From: the human T2T-CHM13v2.0 reference genome, Homo sapiens
DNA length: 64,000 nt
NCBI RefSeq assembly: GCF_009914755.1
Contig: NC_060927.1
Reading direction: 5' to 3' (one strand)
Part shown: positions 15,053-27,800 of the stretch, one piece after another
Layout of the letters: each line of letters starts with the position of its first letter
How positions within the stretch are numbered: the first letter of the stretch is position 1
Made by a program: the position numbers and the translations under genes
The notes under the pieces: model-generated
Told to the model about the DNA's origin: nothing
The model's database searches: none
The model's input: the letters and a program-made list of their open reading frames with translations, nothing else

Positions 15053-15429
15053 TAAATATGTGTTTGTCATGCAATCTCAACTTTTCTATATTACTTTATA
15101 AATGCAATGGGAGAGTGTTTTATGTGTACCGAAATGCTGTTGTGTTATTTGTGAATAGGTCAAATACCCTCATGTGAATTAGTCTGGACATCAGCTGTTA
15201 CTGTTTACACATAAAATGCAAAGTGCAAAACAGAGATTAACTCAGCTTAGCAGAGCATTGATCACAAATGATGCAAAGGACAAAAAGAAAAAAAATGTGT
15301 ATTTACAAGTCTTTATCTTCAACTCAATTATTTCACTTCAAATCTAAATCTGATATTTTTCACTGGTACTTTTACATTTAAATAAACCCAATTTTTGTTT
15401 AGTACAATACCAATTAACAATTATTTTTA

Positions 15430-15560
15430 AATGACTATTACAGTTTAATAGATAAGGAAACAATCAAATAACTTATTTGGAGTGATAAGGTGAGTCATTT
15501 GCCTAGCTGTATTAATTAAGCCTAGGTTTGAATAGGCATTCTACCAAATATTTTCATCTT
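15430..15560 (-). mobile_element. MIR fragment
   Basis: 'acagtttaatagataaggaaac...gagtcatttgcctag...ggtttgaa'. Confidence 0.4.
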
Positions 15561-18500
15561 CATTCTGTCACTAAATTTCCATCATTAGTCATTTCTAAGG
15601 GTTAAGATACAGAGATCGCCACTTAATATAATATTTGAGTTTAGATAGATATCTATTATACAGTTATAAACATTATCATTTATTTATCAATAAGATAATT
15701 TAATTTTCTGTCCTCCCCAAAATCTGAAAACATGGAAAACTTTGAAAGAAGGATTTTGATAAAAGAGAAGATACTCTATTGCAATGGAGGTGAATTTACT
15801 TGAAAATGATATATTGAATAAACTTGTGAAACTGAAGAAAAATAGTTTACTAGAAATCAGAAGGAGCTCACTAACTCAGGCAAAAAATTTTCTGCATTTA
15901 ATGAAAGTTCAGAAACTTTTATTTATTTAACATTTGGTATGGTGACCCAAGAATACAAAAGTATCATACACTATACATGTAATTGCAGCTATAAGCCATT
16001 AAAATTTCCATTTGGATGAAAAGGTAAATCTTTTTTTCTTCTATACAGATCATTAATCATATTGCAAAAATAATAATTTCTACTCAGGGGGAATACCATT
16101 CATTCTTTCTTTTGTATTCTCAATTTATTTTGCCATGTATTATTGGTCAGTGATGGTTTACTTAAAAAGCAAAGTACACATTTTTTGTATAGTTATTAAT
16201 TTTGACACAACAAATTCTAAAATACAGAAAGTTACTTTCCTTTAGAAATCAGATGATAGAGTAATTCAGGCACATAATTAATATACAAAATCTCTCGATT
16301 TGTTCAAATACCTAGCTATATACATATATATATATGTATATTTGTGGCTAATATTGTTAAAATGTGCTATTTTCTATCCATGGGTTTGATTTATCATATT
16401 TTATTTGTTTTGTTTTAGGACACATTTTCATTAATATTGACAACATTACACAGAAGACTTGATAGAAAGTGTTGCTATACATAAAAATTACTCAAACTGC
16501 CCAATAATGCGTGTACGTAAGAAAAGCTTGCTTTTAATTTGTTATACCTTTAAATTATTTGTTAAATCACTTTATATATACAGTCACTTATAAAAGTTTA
16601 AAAGAAGTCCAGATGAGCCTTCTTTTAAACTTACCACTCCAGGGAAGTTATTTGATATTCCCTTATCTATGAACTTATAATATTCATTTAAAATAATTAT
16701 GAGTTGGTATTGTACTAAATAAAAATTGGATTAATTTAAAGATAAAAGTGGGATTGAATTTCTTTGAGACACTCTAGCTGATTTTTTCTAATTATGTAGT
16801 TAGTGATATCAGGGATAACATAAACCAATCTTAGATTCAAATTGAATTGATTTAATATTTTTGTGCACTATTATTTTATACATCAATTGAAGTCTAATAA
16901 AAATGATAAATTCGGAAATACTCAAGTTTTTCTTAACGATTTCCTACATAACAATAAATATTGTAATAAGCAATAATAGAGTTGGGTCAGAAGAAACGTA
17001 GATATCTAATTGTGCCTTTAAAAAAGACTATTTTAATCAATACAAATTAATCTAAATCTTAATGATTTCTTATTTCATGTTGTTCCGGAAATGCTATGAA
17101 AAGCATTTTATCTTGATAGGTATATCAAGAAAAATTTTGCTGAGCATTATTTTTTATGTACTTAATTTTTAGTACATGAGATGATCTGAACAACTGAAAT
17201 ACAATAAAAAAACACAGAGTGAATATTATGACTTACCAAGCATTACGGTAATATTGTAGTATATGTGTGTATATGTAAATGTGTATGTACATATATGTAT
17301 ATATGTATGTGGTGAATGGGGGTAGGGTTAAGGTAGAACATACAGGAGACTTTCAAATGACTGACAATCTATTGTATAAAAGCAGTTGACAGGTTGCTAT
17401 GGGGGAGCATCTAGAATTCCTTCATTCTAGAAGTCATCAACTTTGATTGAAAGATCAAAATTTAATGGAGAAATGACCTTTGAATTGAAACTTGCAGAAT
17501 TTTGTTAGGCAGAAAAAACATGTTAGAAGGATATTTTAGGCTTAGGAAACAGTGGAAAAATCCAAGGTATATGGGGAACAATATGTTTTTATTCAAGTAG
17601 AAAATTCTCAAGAAAATTATAATGAATTCACAGTGGTTATAAAAAACCATTGCATAAAGCTCTGACTCAAATACAGGCAATTCCAGTTTAGCTTTCAAAA
17701 AATAAGCCAAAACATGAAAAATAAAAAAACTAATAAATAGATCAAATAAAGCGACATGAAAATGAAATTCTAAAAAAGTACATAAAACCTTTTTTAAGAG
17801 TGAAAAGTAAAATACTCATAAAGAATACAATAATTCTATTATCTGAATTAAATTATCACAACAGTCAACAAATATATTCCCTTGAGAAGATCACATTTCC
17901 AGGCAAGAATTATGTTAAAACTTGAGGTGGCTGTCTATTCTTTATTTGGAAGATATCTTCAATGAAAATTATTATTTTTCCCCATACTACGTAAGAAAAG
18001 AGTACAATCAGAGAGAATGTTATTCATAATTTTTAAACTGAAGCAATTTCAGTTTAAACTGAAAGAATATAAACAGGTGGATGTAGAAGTGATAAAGGAA
18101 GGAATTTTTTCCCCAAATAAGTAGAGAGAGCAAATATGTAAGACAGGAAAGTAGGGAGGGAATCAGTCAGCCAGTTTGACTTGGCCAAAAGAATAATGCA
18201 AAAAAAGCAGTAGTTGTCAAAGTCTCAAAAGTGTATTTTTGGCATAATAACACCAGGATAAGATGCTTGGTTGAGCAGAAAGTAAGCATTCTCTGGAATG
18301 TTTTCCTCTTTCACAATGCATGCATTATTTACTTGTAATTCTGGTTCCTCCTCAAAAAGCTTTACAGAGTTATATAATATTGCAGTAATAAAGTAGACAT
18401 ATGTGAGCACAGATAAGTAAAAAAAAATGATTAACTAAAAAGTATTTTTAATGACAAAAATGTGTGATCATTAAGAGAATGCTAACACAATAGCAAAGCA

Positions 18501-18599
18501 TTATTTTCCCTTCTGTATGGTTTATCACGTAATATACTATATCACAATGTATTCTTTCCCTTCATAATGTATTATGGAAGTTTGTGTCAGAATATATGG

Positions 18600-19900
18600 A
18601 ACTAACTCATTTTATGTTTCTAAAGGTTTACTTAGCTATAATATGCATATAGAAACATGAACATATAGATGCACAGCTAGATGAATGTCCACAAAGCAAG
18701 CTCTGGAACCATGATCAAGAAACAGAAAGTTAGCAATGCTTCAGGAAGTTAGCAATGCTTCAGGAATCTCACTTGCCCAAGCTTCTTTATAGTCTGAGCC
18801 CTACAGGCAAAACCCCTTCTTTTGAAATTTATATTATTATGCATTAGGCTTCTTTTGTTCAATTTTATGTTTGTGTAATTCATTACCATTATCATGTATC
18901 ACTGTAGACATTCTCATTACAGTTTAGTACTCTTTTGTGTGATTGTGGCATAATTTATTTATAAGATCTACTTTTAATGGCTATTTGGGTAGTTTCCTGT
19001 TTGGTAATAACACTATGCTACTATGAACACATTTGTGTATGTCAATATATGCATATCATATATACACACGTAAGTATGTATACATATGTATACACATATA
19101 GATACAGACATACACACACACATTTATATTTCTTTCTTCCTTTTTTTCTTTTTTGTGGCAAGATCTCACTCTGTCACCCAAGCTGGAGTCCAGTGGCTGT
19201 GATCTTGGTTCACTGCAACCTCAAACTCTTGGTCTAAAGCCATCCTCCCAACTCAGCCTCCTGAGTAGACGGGACTACAGGCACACACCACAACCCCTGA
19301 CTAATTTTTGTATTTTTTGTAGAAATGGGGTTTCGCAGTGTTTGCCAGGCTGGTCTCTAACTCCTGGCCTCAAGCAGTCTGCCAGCCTCGGCCTCCCAAA
19401 GTGCTAGGCCTACAGGCATAAGTCACCTCACCGGTCAACACACATTTACATTTCTGTTGGAGTAGACGTATGAGGACTTGGGATATTCATTTGTTCAGCT
19501 GTAGTAGATAATGTCAAACTATTTTTCGAAATGTTTATACAACTTAATCATTGCACTAGCAGTGCATAAAAATACTAGTTGTTACATCCCTTTTCTGACA
19601 CTTTTGTTTCTTCTGTATCATTGATTGTCATTTTTGTTGGAGTGTCATAATATCATATTGTGGATTTATTTTGCATTTACTGGTGATAAATAAGGTTAAG
19701 TACTATTTCCCGTGTTTATCGCCATTTGGTTATTCTTGTTTTTAAAAAGTGTTTGGACATCTCTTGACCATTTAATAACTTACATAATTTATCTGTTTCT
19801 TATTGATTTGTAAGACTTCTTCATACATTTGCATATGGGACTTACATTGAATGTGTGCATTACAAATATCTTCTACTCAGAATTTTCCCTTTTCACTTTA
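18600..19900 (-). mobile_element. Old L1ME-like 3' fragment (split by Alu)
   Basis: 'atggctatttgggtagtttcctgtttgg', 'tattgtggatttattttgcatttactggtgataaataaggttaag' are antisense L1 ORF2/3' UTR. Confidence 0.75.
19129..19436 (-). mobile_element. AluJ
   Basis: Dimeric Alu; 'ctcctggcctcaagcagtctgcc'. Confidence 0.93.
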
Positions 19901-19949
19901 AGGTGATTGTGTATATATTAATATGCATGTGGACCTGTATGTGTTTTAT

Positions 19950-20582
19950 AGATGTTATTTTTTAGAACAGTTTTAGGTTTATTGAAAAATTGAGAAGCCA
20001 GTACAGAGATTTAACATATACTCTGCACTCAGTTTCCCCAATCGTTAATACATTACATTGGTGTGTACATTATTATAATTATGAACCAATATTGACAGTT
20101 ATTAGCAACTACAGCCCATAGTTTATATAGATTACATTAGAATGTCTTGTGTCTGTTCCACTATTTTATCCAGGATACCATATTACATTTCATCTCCTTT
20201 GGCTCCTCTTTACTTTTGACTATGACTGTTTCTCAGACAACCAGAGCAAGAGGTGAGGTGATCCCATGAAGACTGAGTGGTAGTGAATGTCCTTACACTC
20301 CACTATGTCTTTTCTGAATCCCCAAGGAAGAGAGGGCACAGCACCACCTTACTGCTGGGTGTTGTGTAAGACCAGGCTCCCCATTGGTCTCCAGTGATAA
20401 TGCAGAGGGAAAAGAGAGATCTTGTTATCACCTAGTGGAGGTGAAGGTCCTAACTTCCTCTGATTTTTTGATACCACCCTGGAGAGGATTTGGGGAAGCC
20501 TAGTTACAGCCTGGAGGTAGAGAAAGTCTGGAATCGCAAATTGGCCTTTACTGGCATGGAGAGAGGTGGAGCTACAGTGGCA

Positions 20583-20627
<45 letters not shown>

Positions 20628-20960
20628 GATAAATAGTGTTTATTGCCTAAAAAGTTTATTTCTTGGTAAGTTCTCTTTTTCCTGGCATGAAAAGCTACTG
20701 AGACCATGCTTTATTTGGATCTTAGTTTATCTGTGCCTGTTTCCCTGTTTGAAATATAAGAAGGCAAAGGAAAGCCCTCGGGAGTCACCACCTTGTTGCT
20801 CTTTGGGTCCTGAGCTCATTAGCCGGTCTCTCGTTTTCTCTTTACCTTTCAGAGTTTTGTTATGTTTGCTTTATGTGTAATGCACGAAGTTAATAATTGT
20901 GCTTAATGGAAGGAATAGGAAAAAGTATGCCTACCTCATCTCCAAGAAGCGAAGCCCAAT
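19950..20960 (-). mobile_element. L1MC/MD-type 3' UTR
   Basis: 'ttttagaacagttttaggtttattgaaaaattgagaag..agtacagag' terminus followed by an L1MD-like GC-richer UTR. Confidence 0.7.
20585..20623. repeat. (TG)n microsatellite
   Basis: Direct reading. Confidence 0.97.
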
Positions 20961-21708
20961 ATGCTTATCTACTTTTAAATTAGCAATTGTTTAAAGGATT
21001 TTATTACTAGTATTCTCTGTTTCTCCTTTATCTTATTTTTAAGGATCTGTTTGCTAAATGGATGAAAATGACTTGTCATTTTCAAGAAAATTCAACAATT
21101 TATATCACATCCTTACTCTGGAGATTAAAGGCTTTGAAGAATGATTTTAGCAAATATATGTTGCTATTTATCCATCTGTAGCAGCTTAATAAATCCAAGA
21201 AAAGAATTCCCACAGACTTATGTCAGCTGAGATGCTATGGGAGTTTTTATTAATTTTGTCTTCTCTAAAGCACTTTGACCAACCAAAATATTTGCTTCTG
21301 AAGGTTTCTTGCATTTATTAATGTGATCTCACTTCTCTTCAAATGAAGCATTTCCCTAGTTTTATATAAAATAGTTATCTCATTTAATAATATATTTTAT
21401 ATTTACTAATATACAAATTCAAGAAAAATGTATTTTCAGTGTTACAATTCAGAGAACTATTGACAAAAGCTTTTTATTTCCGTAGTAGGAAATTTTTACA
21501 AAAAGAAGAATTTGGATCATTTTTATCTATTAAATATTTTTTGACATTATCTTCAACTAATTTCCAGATATTGCTTAGTAATATCTTGCACATAATAGAT
21601 ACACAAAGATATGTTGATTTTTACTTCTGTTCATTAATAATTTCAGACATAGTTTAATAACATACCTTTGCTTTGCCATTAAATAGCTGTATTTTTCAGA
21701 ATATTTTA

Positions 21709-21886
21709 TGTATTAGTCCGGTCTTGCATTGCTATAAAGAAATACCTGAGAATGAGTAATTTAAAAATAGAAGAGGTTCCGACGTGATAACTCATGCCTG
21801 TAATCCTAGCACTTTGGGAGGCCGCGGTGGGCGGATCATTTGCAGTTGAAGATCAGCCGGGCCAACATGATAAAACCCCATCTCTA

Positions 21887-21919
<33 letters not shown>

Positions 21920-22396
21920 CCTGACCTGGTGGTGCACACCTGTAATCCCAGCTACTAGATATGAGGCAGTGAGGTGCGATCGCGCCACTGCACTCAGCCT
22001 GGGTGACAGAGCAAGACTGCACCACAAAGAAAAAAAAAAAAAGAGTTTTCATTGGTGCATGGTTCTGCAGGGTATACAGAAAGCACGGGGCTTCTGCTTC
22101 TGGGGAGGCCTCAGGAAGCTTCCAATCATGGTGGAAGACAAAGCGAGAGCAAGACGTCTCACATGGCACTAGTAGGAGCTAGAGAGAGAGGGGAGAGATG
22201 CCACACACTTTTAAACTACCAGACTTCACGGAAACTCACTCAGGATCGCGAGTACAGTGTCAAGAGAGATGTTGCTAAATCATTCATGAGAAATTTGCCC
22301 CCAAGATCCAACCACCTTCCACCAGCCCAACCTCCAACATTAGGGATTACAATTCGACATGAGATTTGGTGGGGATACAGATCCAAACCATATTGA
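21709..22396 (-). mobile_element. MSTA-like MaLR solo LTR interrupted by Alu
   Basis: 'tgtattagtccggtcttgcattgctataaagaaatacctgag' ... 'gagatttggtggggatacagatccaaaccata'. Confidence 0.9.
21777..22041 (+). mobile_element. Alu with internal deletions and A30 central linker
   Basis: Alu left arm, A30 at 21889-21918, right arm lacking ~45 nt; flanked by aagagg/aagagt. Confidence 0.92.
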
Positions 22397-23185
22397 TTTG
22401 TATGTTTATTTATTTGCAGTGTATTTATTTTGAAAACAATTTTAATAATATTTTAAACATACGCTATATGATAATGCCGTATGTGAGCCTTCAGCAATTG
22501 ACTGAGTGTATAACTATTTTGTTATCAAATGGAGTCCCATGTTGATGAACAACTTTCTACAAATGGTATAGTTGTTTTCTTAAATATCAAAATATATCCT
22601 ATGCATTTATATGTATATAAGTTTTATGTAATTTAACTATTATTAAAATAAGAAGGGGTAATGTAAAAATTCCCTTTATTTAGGCAGTCTTTTGGACTTT
22701 TCTAAGAACGGTAGCAGGTGTTGTAGATAATGGCAGGTTCTGTACGGATACAGCTGGGCATGTTAAATGTTTTTTTTTTAGAATTATAGTAGGATTAAGG
22801 AATTTTAATTTTCTCAGGTTCGACACAGTAGGCATGTTATACTTTTATAAACCAAAATATAAACACGTTTATTTTAGTAATTAAGTATGTCAGTCACATC
22901 ATTAAACTTTCTATTGTCTTTCCTGCTAAATGTCTGTTGATGTCCTCCAGCAAAAGACAACTACTATTCTGTGTGACCTACAGTATTTATACACGTGCAA
23001 TGAGAAGTGTTTGCTATAGAATTATTTCCTTCTTGGGTAGATAAACAAAATAAAAGGCTATGCATTTATCCATGACAATTTTGGCTAATAAATTCAAGTT
23101 TAAACTGGTTCATTTGGGTTCCAGAGCGGAAAGTGTGTCCTAATAAGAAGGACATAGTAGCTATTGGGAATATAATATTACTTAT

Positions 23186-23247
23186 CTTATCAGAAGTGAA
23201 TTAGTTATTGATCCCTTATCAGAAGTGAATTAGTTATTGATCCCTTA
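23186..23247. repeat. Perfect 29-bp tandem duplication
   Basis: cttatcagaagtgaattagttattgatcc x2 plus ctta. Confidence 0.95.
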
Positions 23248-23534
23248 AGAATATTCAGAGGTCATATTCTTTGAATGGAGACAGTCTCTGCAAAGCAGAC
23301 TGGAATGTCTCTAAATAATAGAGGGTAACTCTTGAACCAAAGATAAACCCAACATCACTTCCCATTCTGGGTGAGCTAAATTTTTCTGGTAGAGTTGTAA
23401 TTCTTCCACACAAATATTTTGTTGATATGGGTAAAATTCAATATGTAACAAGACTGAATTTTAGCATCAATTTTGTGATTAAAAACTTAAGTAAGAGAAC
23501 TTTAAAAGATTTTTATCTTCTAAAATATTTAATG

Positions 23535-23825
23535 AACTGGGTGCAGTGGCTCACACCTGTAATCCCAGCACTTTGGGAGGCTGAGGCGGATACATCACTT
23601 GAGGTCAGGAGCTCGAGACCAGCCTGAACAACATGGTAAAACTCCATCTCGACTAAAAATACAAAATTAGCCAGGTATGGTGTGGATGCCTGTAATCCAA
23701 GCTACTTCGGAGGCTGAGGACAGAGAATCAGTTGAAACCAAGAGGCAGAGGTTGCAATGAGTGGTGAAATTCCGTCTCAAAAATAAAAATAAAAATAAAA
23801 TAAAATAAGTTAAAATAAAATAAAT
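23535..23825 (+). mobile_element. AluS with ~40-nt deletion near the 3' end
   Basis: 'gttgcaatgagtggtgaaattccgtctc' skips 'gagatcgcgccactgcactccagcctgg'; (TAAAA)n tail. Confidence 0.93.
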
Positions 23826-24734
23826 GTTTTATGAAATGGCTTTTAGATATTTTTCCAGGAGTGTTAGGTAAAAGATGAGAGACCCATCAATTGGTTAATT
23901 TGAGGGCAATGGGAAAAGATCTTAGTGTTTAAAAGTAACAAGATTATGGTAAGAATGAACATACTGAGAAAATGCTTTGTTAATCAAAAGATCATGTCAA
24001 AATACAATGATAGGCAAGATTACTGATCAAACAAAAAGAAGAAAGAGGGTACTGATGAATCAGATAATTAATGTTGTTTTCTCATCTTGCTCAGAATCTG
24101 TCTGCTTTTGCAATCTTTAGCTTGCTTTGATATCTATGGTGAAAGTCTACTTCTACAGTGTTTTCCTGGTGAATTTCTAAAAATCCTAAGTTTGACATTT
24201 CTGTATAGACTTAGTCAGTAATCAGGAAAATCTTACATTTGAATTTTTAGTTGGAAATCATAAGTCAAAGGATAAGCATTGTGTGGTTTTGTGTCAGTTA
24301 TTAACAATAATGGTTAGGGTTTTTTTCATTGTATTCAAGAACATATTTTCTTGATACCTTCTCCAGAAGACCAAATTTTCCTGTTTCAAATCATGCGGGA
24401 GCCTTTCAGGTGATAATTTTGAATATGCAATTTGAATGTGTTTGTAGTAAAGCTGAAGATTTTATATGGGTCTCTGGCAGTATTTAGTCACATTAGCCAG
24501 TAATAGAGTAAAATCTCAAAACTTCCAAATGCTCGGAACAGACTGTTACTAACTCAGGAGATGACACGGGGGGCCTAGGCACATAATCTTAGCACCATCA
24601 AGGATATAGGCAATAATTTGGGGCATGTAAGGGTTAGGCTTATAAGATCCTTGATATTTATAATGGTAGAATTCCATTATTTACCTTTACAGTTCCTGAG
24701 CTTTGTGGTGATAAGGACAGTGGAGTTTCTAGTT

Positions 24735-24833
24735 ATTTTATTTTTAATTTTTAAAATTTTTTAATTTTCATGGGTACATGGTACATGTATATATATACAT
24801 ATATATGTATATGTATGTATGTGTGTGTATATA

Positions 24834-24864
<31 letters not shown>

Positions 24865-27800
24865 TTTTTTTCCCTGGGATACAAGAGATGTTTTGATTCA
24901 GATATGCAATGTGAAATAAGGTGCATCATAAAGAATGGGGTATCCATCCACTCAAGCATTTATCCATTGAGTTGCAAACAATCCAATTACATTATCTAAC
25001 TTTTTAAAAAATGTACAGTTATTATTGACTATGGTCACCCTGATGTGTTATCAAATGGTAGGAATTATTCTTTCTTTCTAACTTTTTTTTGTGCCAATTA
25101 ACCAGTTTTAACTCCCTGCTCTCCAGGCCCCCACTACTTCACCCAGACTCTAGTAACCATCCCTCCACTCTCTATGTCTATGACTTCAATTGCTTTGATT
25201 TTTAGATCTCACAAATAAGTGAGAACATAGGATGCTTGTCTTTCTTGGTCTGGCTTATTTCACTTAACATAAAAATGATCTGCAGTTCCATCCATGTTGT
25301 TGTTGCAAATGACTGGATCTCATTCTTTTTTATAACTGAATTTACTCCATTGTGCATATGTACCACATTTTCTCTATCCATTCATCTGCTGATGGACACT
25401 TAGGTTGCTTCCAAATTTTGGCTATTGTAAACGTGCTGCAACAAACATAGGAGTACAAATATATCTTCAGTGTACTGATGTCCTTTCTTTTGGGTGTATA
25501 CCCCATAGTGGTATTGCTGCGTTATTTGGTAGCTCAATTTTTAGTGTTTTGAGGAAACTCCAAGTGGTTCTCCATAGTGGTTTTACTATTTTACATTACT
25601 GTCAACAGTGTACAACGAGGTTCACTTTTCTCCACATGCTCCCCAGCATTTGTTATTTCCTATCTTTTGTATAGAAAACATTTTAACTGTGCTTAGAATA
25701 TAGTTCATTGTAGTTTTGATTTGCATTTCTCTGATGATCAGTGATGTTGACCACCTTTTCATATGTCTGTTTGCCATTTGTATGTCTTCTTTTGAGAACT
25801 GTCTATTCATATATCTTGCACATTCTTTGGATTGTTAGACGTTTTCTTATAGAGATATTTGAGCTCCTTTTATATTCTTGTTATTAATCCTTTGTCAGAG
25901 GGATAGTTTGCAAATATTTTCTCCCATTCTGTGGGTTGTCTCTTTACTTTTTCGATTGTATCCTTTGCTGGGCAGAAGCTTTTTAACTTGATGTAATCAT
26001 TTGTCTATTTTTGCTTTGATTGCCTGTGCTTGTGGAGAAATTTTTCAAGAAATTTTTGAACAGACCAACCAATGTCCTGGAGATTTTCACCAATGTTTTC
26101 TTGTAGTAGTTTCATGGTTCGAGGTATTGGATTTAAGTCTTTAATTCATCTTGATTTGATTTTTGTGTATGACTAGAGATAGGAGTCTAGTTTCATTTTT
26201 CTGCATATGGATATTTAGTTTTCCCAGGATCATTTATTGAAAAGATCATCTTTTCTCCACTGTATATTCTTGGCACATTTTGTGAAAATGAGTTCACTGT
26301 AGGTCTATGGATTCATTCGTCGGTTCCTTTTTTTCTGCTTCACTGGATTATGTGTCTATTTTTATGTCAGTGCCATACTGTTTGGATATTATAATTCTGT
26401 AGTATAATTTAAAGTCAGGTAAGGTGATTCCTCCAGTTTTGTTCTTTTTGTTTGGGAAAGCTTTGGCCATTCTGGGTCTTTTGTGCTTCCATATATATTT
26501 TTTCTATTTCTTTGAAGAATGTCATTAGTATATTGATAGGGATTGCATTGAATCTGTAGATTGCTTTGGGCAATATGGACATTTTAACAATATTGATTTT
26601 TCCACTCCATGGACATGGGATATATTTTCATTTTTTGGTCTTCTCTTCAATTTCTTTCATCAGTGTTTTAGAGTTTTCATTATAGAGATCTTTTACTCCT
26701 TTAAATAATTTAATTTATTTTGTGTAGCTATTGTAAATGATATTACTTTTTGTTTCTTTTTCACATTGTTCACTGTTAGAATAGAAAAATGCTGTTGGTT
26801 TTTGTATGTTGAATTTGTATCCTGCAACTTTACTGAATTTTTTTTTATCAGTTATAATAGTTTTCTTGTGGAGTCTTTAGGTTTTTCCAAATATGAGATC
26901 ATATCATCTCCAAACAAGGATAATTTGACTTCTTTTCCAATTTGGATGCCATTTATATCTTTCTCTTTTCTGATTGTTCCATGTGGTTCTTGCAGTACTA
27001 TGTTGAATAACAGTGGTGAAAGTGCGCATTGTTATTGTGTTCCAGATCTTGGAGAAAAGGACTTATTTTCCCTATCCAATATAATACTAGCTGTGGTTCT
27101 GTTGCATACGGCTTTTCTTATTGTGAGGTATGGTCCTTCTCTCTCCAGTTTATTGAAGGATTTTATAATGACAGGGTAGTGGATTTTATTAAATGTTTTT
27201 TCAGCATCAATTGAAAAATCATATGGATTTTATCTTTCATTATGTTGTAATGATGCATCAAATTAATTGATTTGTGTATGTTGAACCATGCTTATATCCC
27301 AGGGATAGGTCCTACTTGGTCATGATGAATGATCCTTCTAATGTATTGTTGAATTCGGTTTGCTAGCATTTTGTCGATGACCATCAATATTCATCAGAGA
27401 TATTGGCCTGTAGTTTTTTGTTACGTGCGTTTGTCTGGTTTTGGTATTACGGTAATACTGGCCACATAGAATGATTTTGGAAGTATTCCCTCCTTCTCTA
27501 TCTTTCCGAATAGTTTAAGTAGGATTGGTATTAGTTCTTCTTTAAATGTTTGGGGGAATTCAGCAGTGGGCCATCATGTCCTGGGCTTTACATTACTGGG
27601 AGACTTTTTATCATGGCTTTGATCTCGTTTCTTCTTACTTGTTAGTGGTCTGTTCAGGTTTTGGATTTCTTCCTGGATCAATCTTTAGAGGTTGTATCCA
27701 TCTAGGAATTTGTTCATTTCTTCTAGATTTTCCAATTTATTGGTATGTAGTTGCTCATAGTAGCCACTGATGATTCTTTGAATTTCTGTAGTATCAGTTG

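Noticed and set aside
23186-23247. 29-bp repeat as a CRISPR-like repeat
   Set aside because: Two adjacent copies, no spacers, eukaryotic context, no cas genes
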